DNA from: Squalus acanthias | Taxonomy: Eukaryota | Reading direction: 5' to 3' | Assembly: GCA_030390025.1 (NCBI GenBank) | Contig: CM059431.1 | Span: forward strand, 130,946,001 to 131,010,000 | DNA length: 64,000 nucleotides | Shown: in pieces, positions 63,323 to 64,000 of the stretch | How the letters are laid out: every line of letters begins with the position of its first letter | Numbering within the stretch: the stretch's first letter is position 1 | Made by a program: the position numbers and the translations under genes | Notes under the pieces: generated by a model | What the model saw: only the letters and a program-made list of their open reading frames with translations | Told to the model about the DNA's origin: nothing | The model's database searches: none

Positions 63323-63965
63323 AATAACGTAATAGAATCCCATCCCAACCTCCTCCCACCTTTTAAGGCTGGTAAATATGGTTTGATGGGGCTCGAGATG
63401 TCATTCACACAAGAGCTAAATATTGCTGTTGTCCTGGCCAGTAGCTCTGGCACAGTCAGATTCTCAGTACATCAGCATGCCCTACCTTCCTTGAAAATGT
63501 TGACTTTTTACACTTTCATTGGTACATTTTTAACAATTGGATTATTATTACAATTTGCCTTTTAAATATGGAAAAGTTATTTTCTGATATGAATACTACA
63601 TCTTATGAATGTACCTGCTTAAGTGAAGACTAAATGCTGCAATGGTGAATCATGTACATTTGAGTAATCTATTAACAAAATAATACATTAAACATACTTT
63701 TATTTGACTCGTTTCTTGCTATATCATTGTTGGAACATGGGGCATGTTGGAACATGGAGAAGGAAGAGGCAGAGAGGTTGATGGGAAATTAAGGCTAGCT
63801 TATGAGGCAAATGAACTAGCTTGGTATTTAAATTATATTTCCTTACAACTAGAATGGTCATTAGTTTCAAGGTCTCCATTAACTGTTGAATAAAGAAGGT
63901 TTGTAGGAAGTTTAAAACAAAGATAAGGGGAGCCTAAGCCTTGTCTCTGTCTAATTAGGATAGAA

Positions 63966-64000
63966 GTGAGAAGTCGCACAACACCAGGTTATAGTCCAAC
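63966..64000. mobile_element. Start of another shark Penelope-type short repeat (truncated by window edge)
   Basis: cacaacaccaggttatagtccaac recalled as a common shark repeat terminus. Confidence 0.35.

Noticed and set aside
1..64000. CRISPR array, rRNA or prokaryotic operon
   Set aside because: No repeat-spacer array or operon structure; the sequence is eukaryotic and TE-rich.

Overview
Vertebrate genomic DNA, most likely a cartilaginous fish (shark). This rests on the repeat set: CR1 with (ATTCTATG)n-type tails, L2, RTE, Penelope, Deu-domain SINEs and Harbinger elements. The only recognisable host gene is the last coding exon of glypican-5 (GPC5, GPI-anchor signal, 11559-11728, +), followed by a long TE-poor putative 3'UTR. 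Much of the rest is deeply nested transposable elements. Highlights: (1) a very young, intact Gypsy LTR retrotransposon (48665-53084, -) with identical 183-bp LTRs and a single 1318-aa gag-pol ORF. Its RT motif is YLDN rather than YxDD, and instead of a tRNA primer-binding site it has a perfect 12-nt complement to its own LTR that overlaps ATTAAA (candidate self-priming / poly(A)-occlusion system). (2) A degraded reading frame (about 41400-43860, -) whose motifs and spacing resemble the cap-methyltransferase region of a negative-strand RNA virus L protein (candidate endogenous viral element; tentative), abutting a Penelope end. (3) Minimal hammerhead ribozyme motifs in Penelope termini. (4) A reconstructable two-gene Harbinger transposon (17240-25931) inside a four-level nest. 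(5) Several in-frame TE-TE chimeric ORFs. All calls were made by eye, without database searches.
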